This document shows, piece after piece, positions 63,368 through 64,000 of a stretch of 64,000 bases of DNA. The stretch comes from Lophium mytilinum (lineage: Eukaryota), in assembly GCA_010093605.1 (NCBI GenBank), contig MU004200.1, forward strand, positions 62,001 to 126,000. The letters run 5' to 3'. Position 1 is the first letter of the stretch, and each line of letters starts with the position of its first letter. Made by a program: the position numbers and the translations under genes. Under the pieces are notes generated by a model, which was not told where the DNA came from, ran no database searches, and saw only the letters and a list, made by a program, of their open reading frames with translations.

Positions 63368-64000
63368 TATCATGGTACGAGTCATTCTTTGCATATTTGC
63401 CCTGTGATACCGCTGATAGGGGCGAACTTTTGCAGGTTCGACTCGCGGTGAGAACGAGGTCCTTTTCGTCTTTGGGGCGACAGATTTGAGGTTTGGAGAA
63501 GGGAGGATATAGAGAGGGTCAGGAGATACGCTTTTCTCATGCTTTCAAAGTTTCCATCTGCGTCAGTGGTTTTTTCCAGCACGGAACTCCTGCTGCTCCT
63601 GCCACAAGTCCGCCTTTTAAGTTTGCTCTTGTTAGTGTTCGTAGAAGTGTTTAAAGTCCGGACCATCCAACTCCCTCGCCTAACGTAGGTCACAAGAGTT
63701 CCTTTGCAGATGCTACTATCCGATTCTTTTCACTTGTGCTAATGCTTCAAAGCAATACTATATGGAATAAACTTTCTCGGGGACCGTGACCAGGGCAAGC
63801 CTACGTGGATAGGCCCGCCGATCGGGCCGAACCGCCCGATAGCATGAGGTTGATTCGATGCTGAAAGAGGTGTTGGGGTAACTTGTCAGGGCGTAGAAGC
63901 AGTTGGGCCTAGCTTGTTCGAAATCTACGTGTAGGTTCCGGGAGACTTGTGTTATAGACAAGCGGTCGTCACGTGTTCTACGCGTATACTGCTAGCGAGC

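Noticed and set aside
63399..63455. GGTTCGACTC resembling a tRNA T-loop/B-box
   Set aside because: No cloverleaf or acceptor stem can be folded around it.

Overview
Window from a filamentous ascomycete (Pezizomycotina) genome: intron-containing genes, about 50% GC, and one RIP-mutated block. From the left it holds a candidate isocyanide-synthase gene cluster: an SMP-30/lactonase, a bZIP factor, an MFS transporter with a His/Met-rich loop and an in-frame TAG, and a DIT1/PvcA + TauD fusion. Next come a small Cys-rich GPI-type protein, an Rrt8/Lds-family membrane protein divergent from a DPR-repeat dehydrin-like gene, an RsmA/Fcr3-like bZIP, a phosducin-like gene and a PNPO-like gene. A DUR31-type sodium:solute symporter carries a TPP riboswitch in intron 3, with a roughly 290-nt insertion at P3. 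An Old Yellow Enzyme, a DHA1 transporter, lipoyl synthase and an amino-acid permease follow. At 41.6-44.7 kb is a RIP-destroyed but apparently full-length piggyBac-type transposon flanked by AT rather than TTAA. An AA9 LPMO and a TMEM205-like gene come next, then about 13 kb of decayed multi-exon sequence with duplicated intron-exon units and a 90-bp Tc1/mariner-type MITE. All gene models were spliced by eye and no database searches were run.
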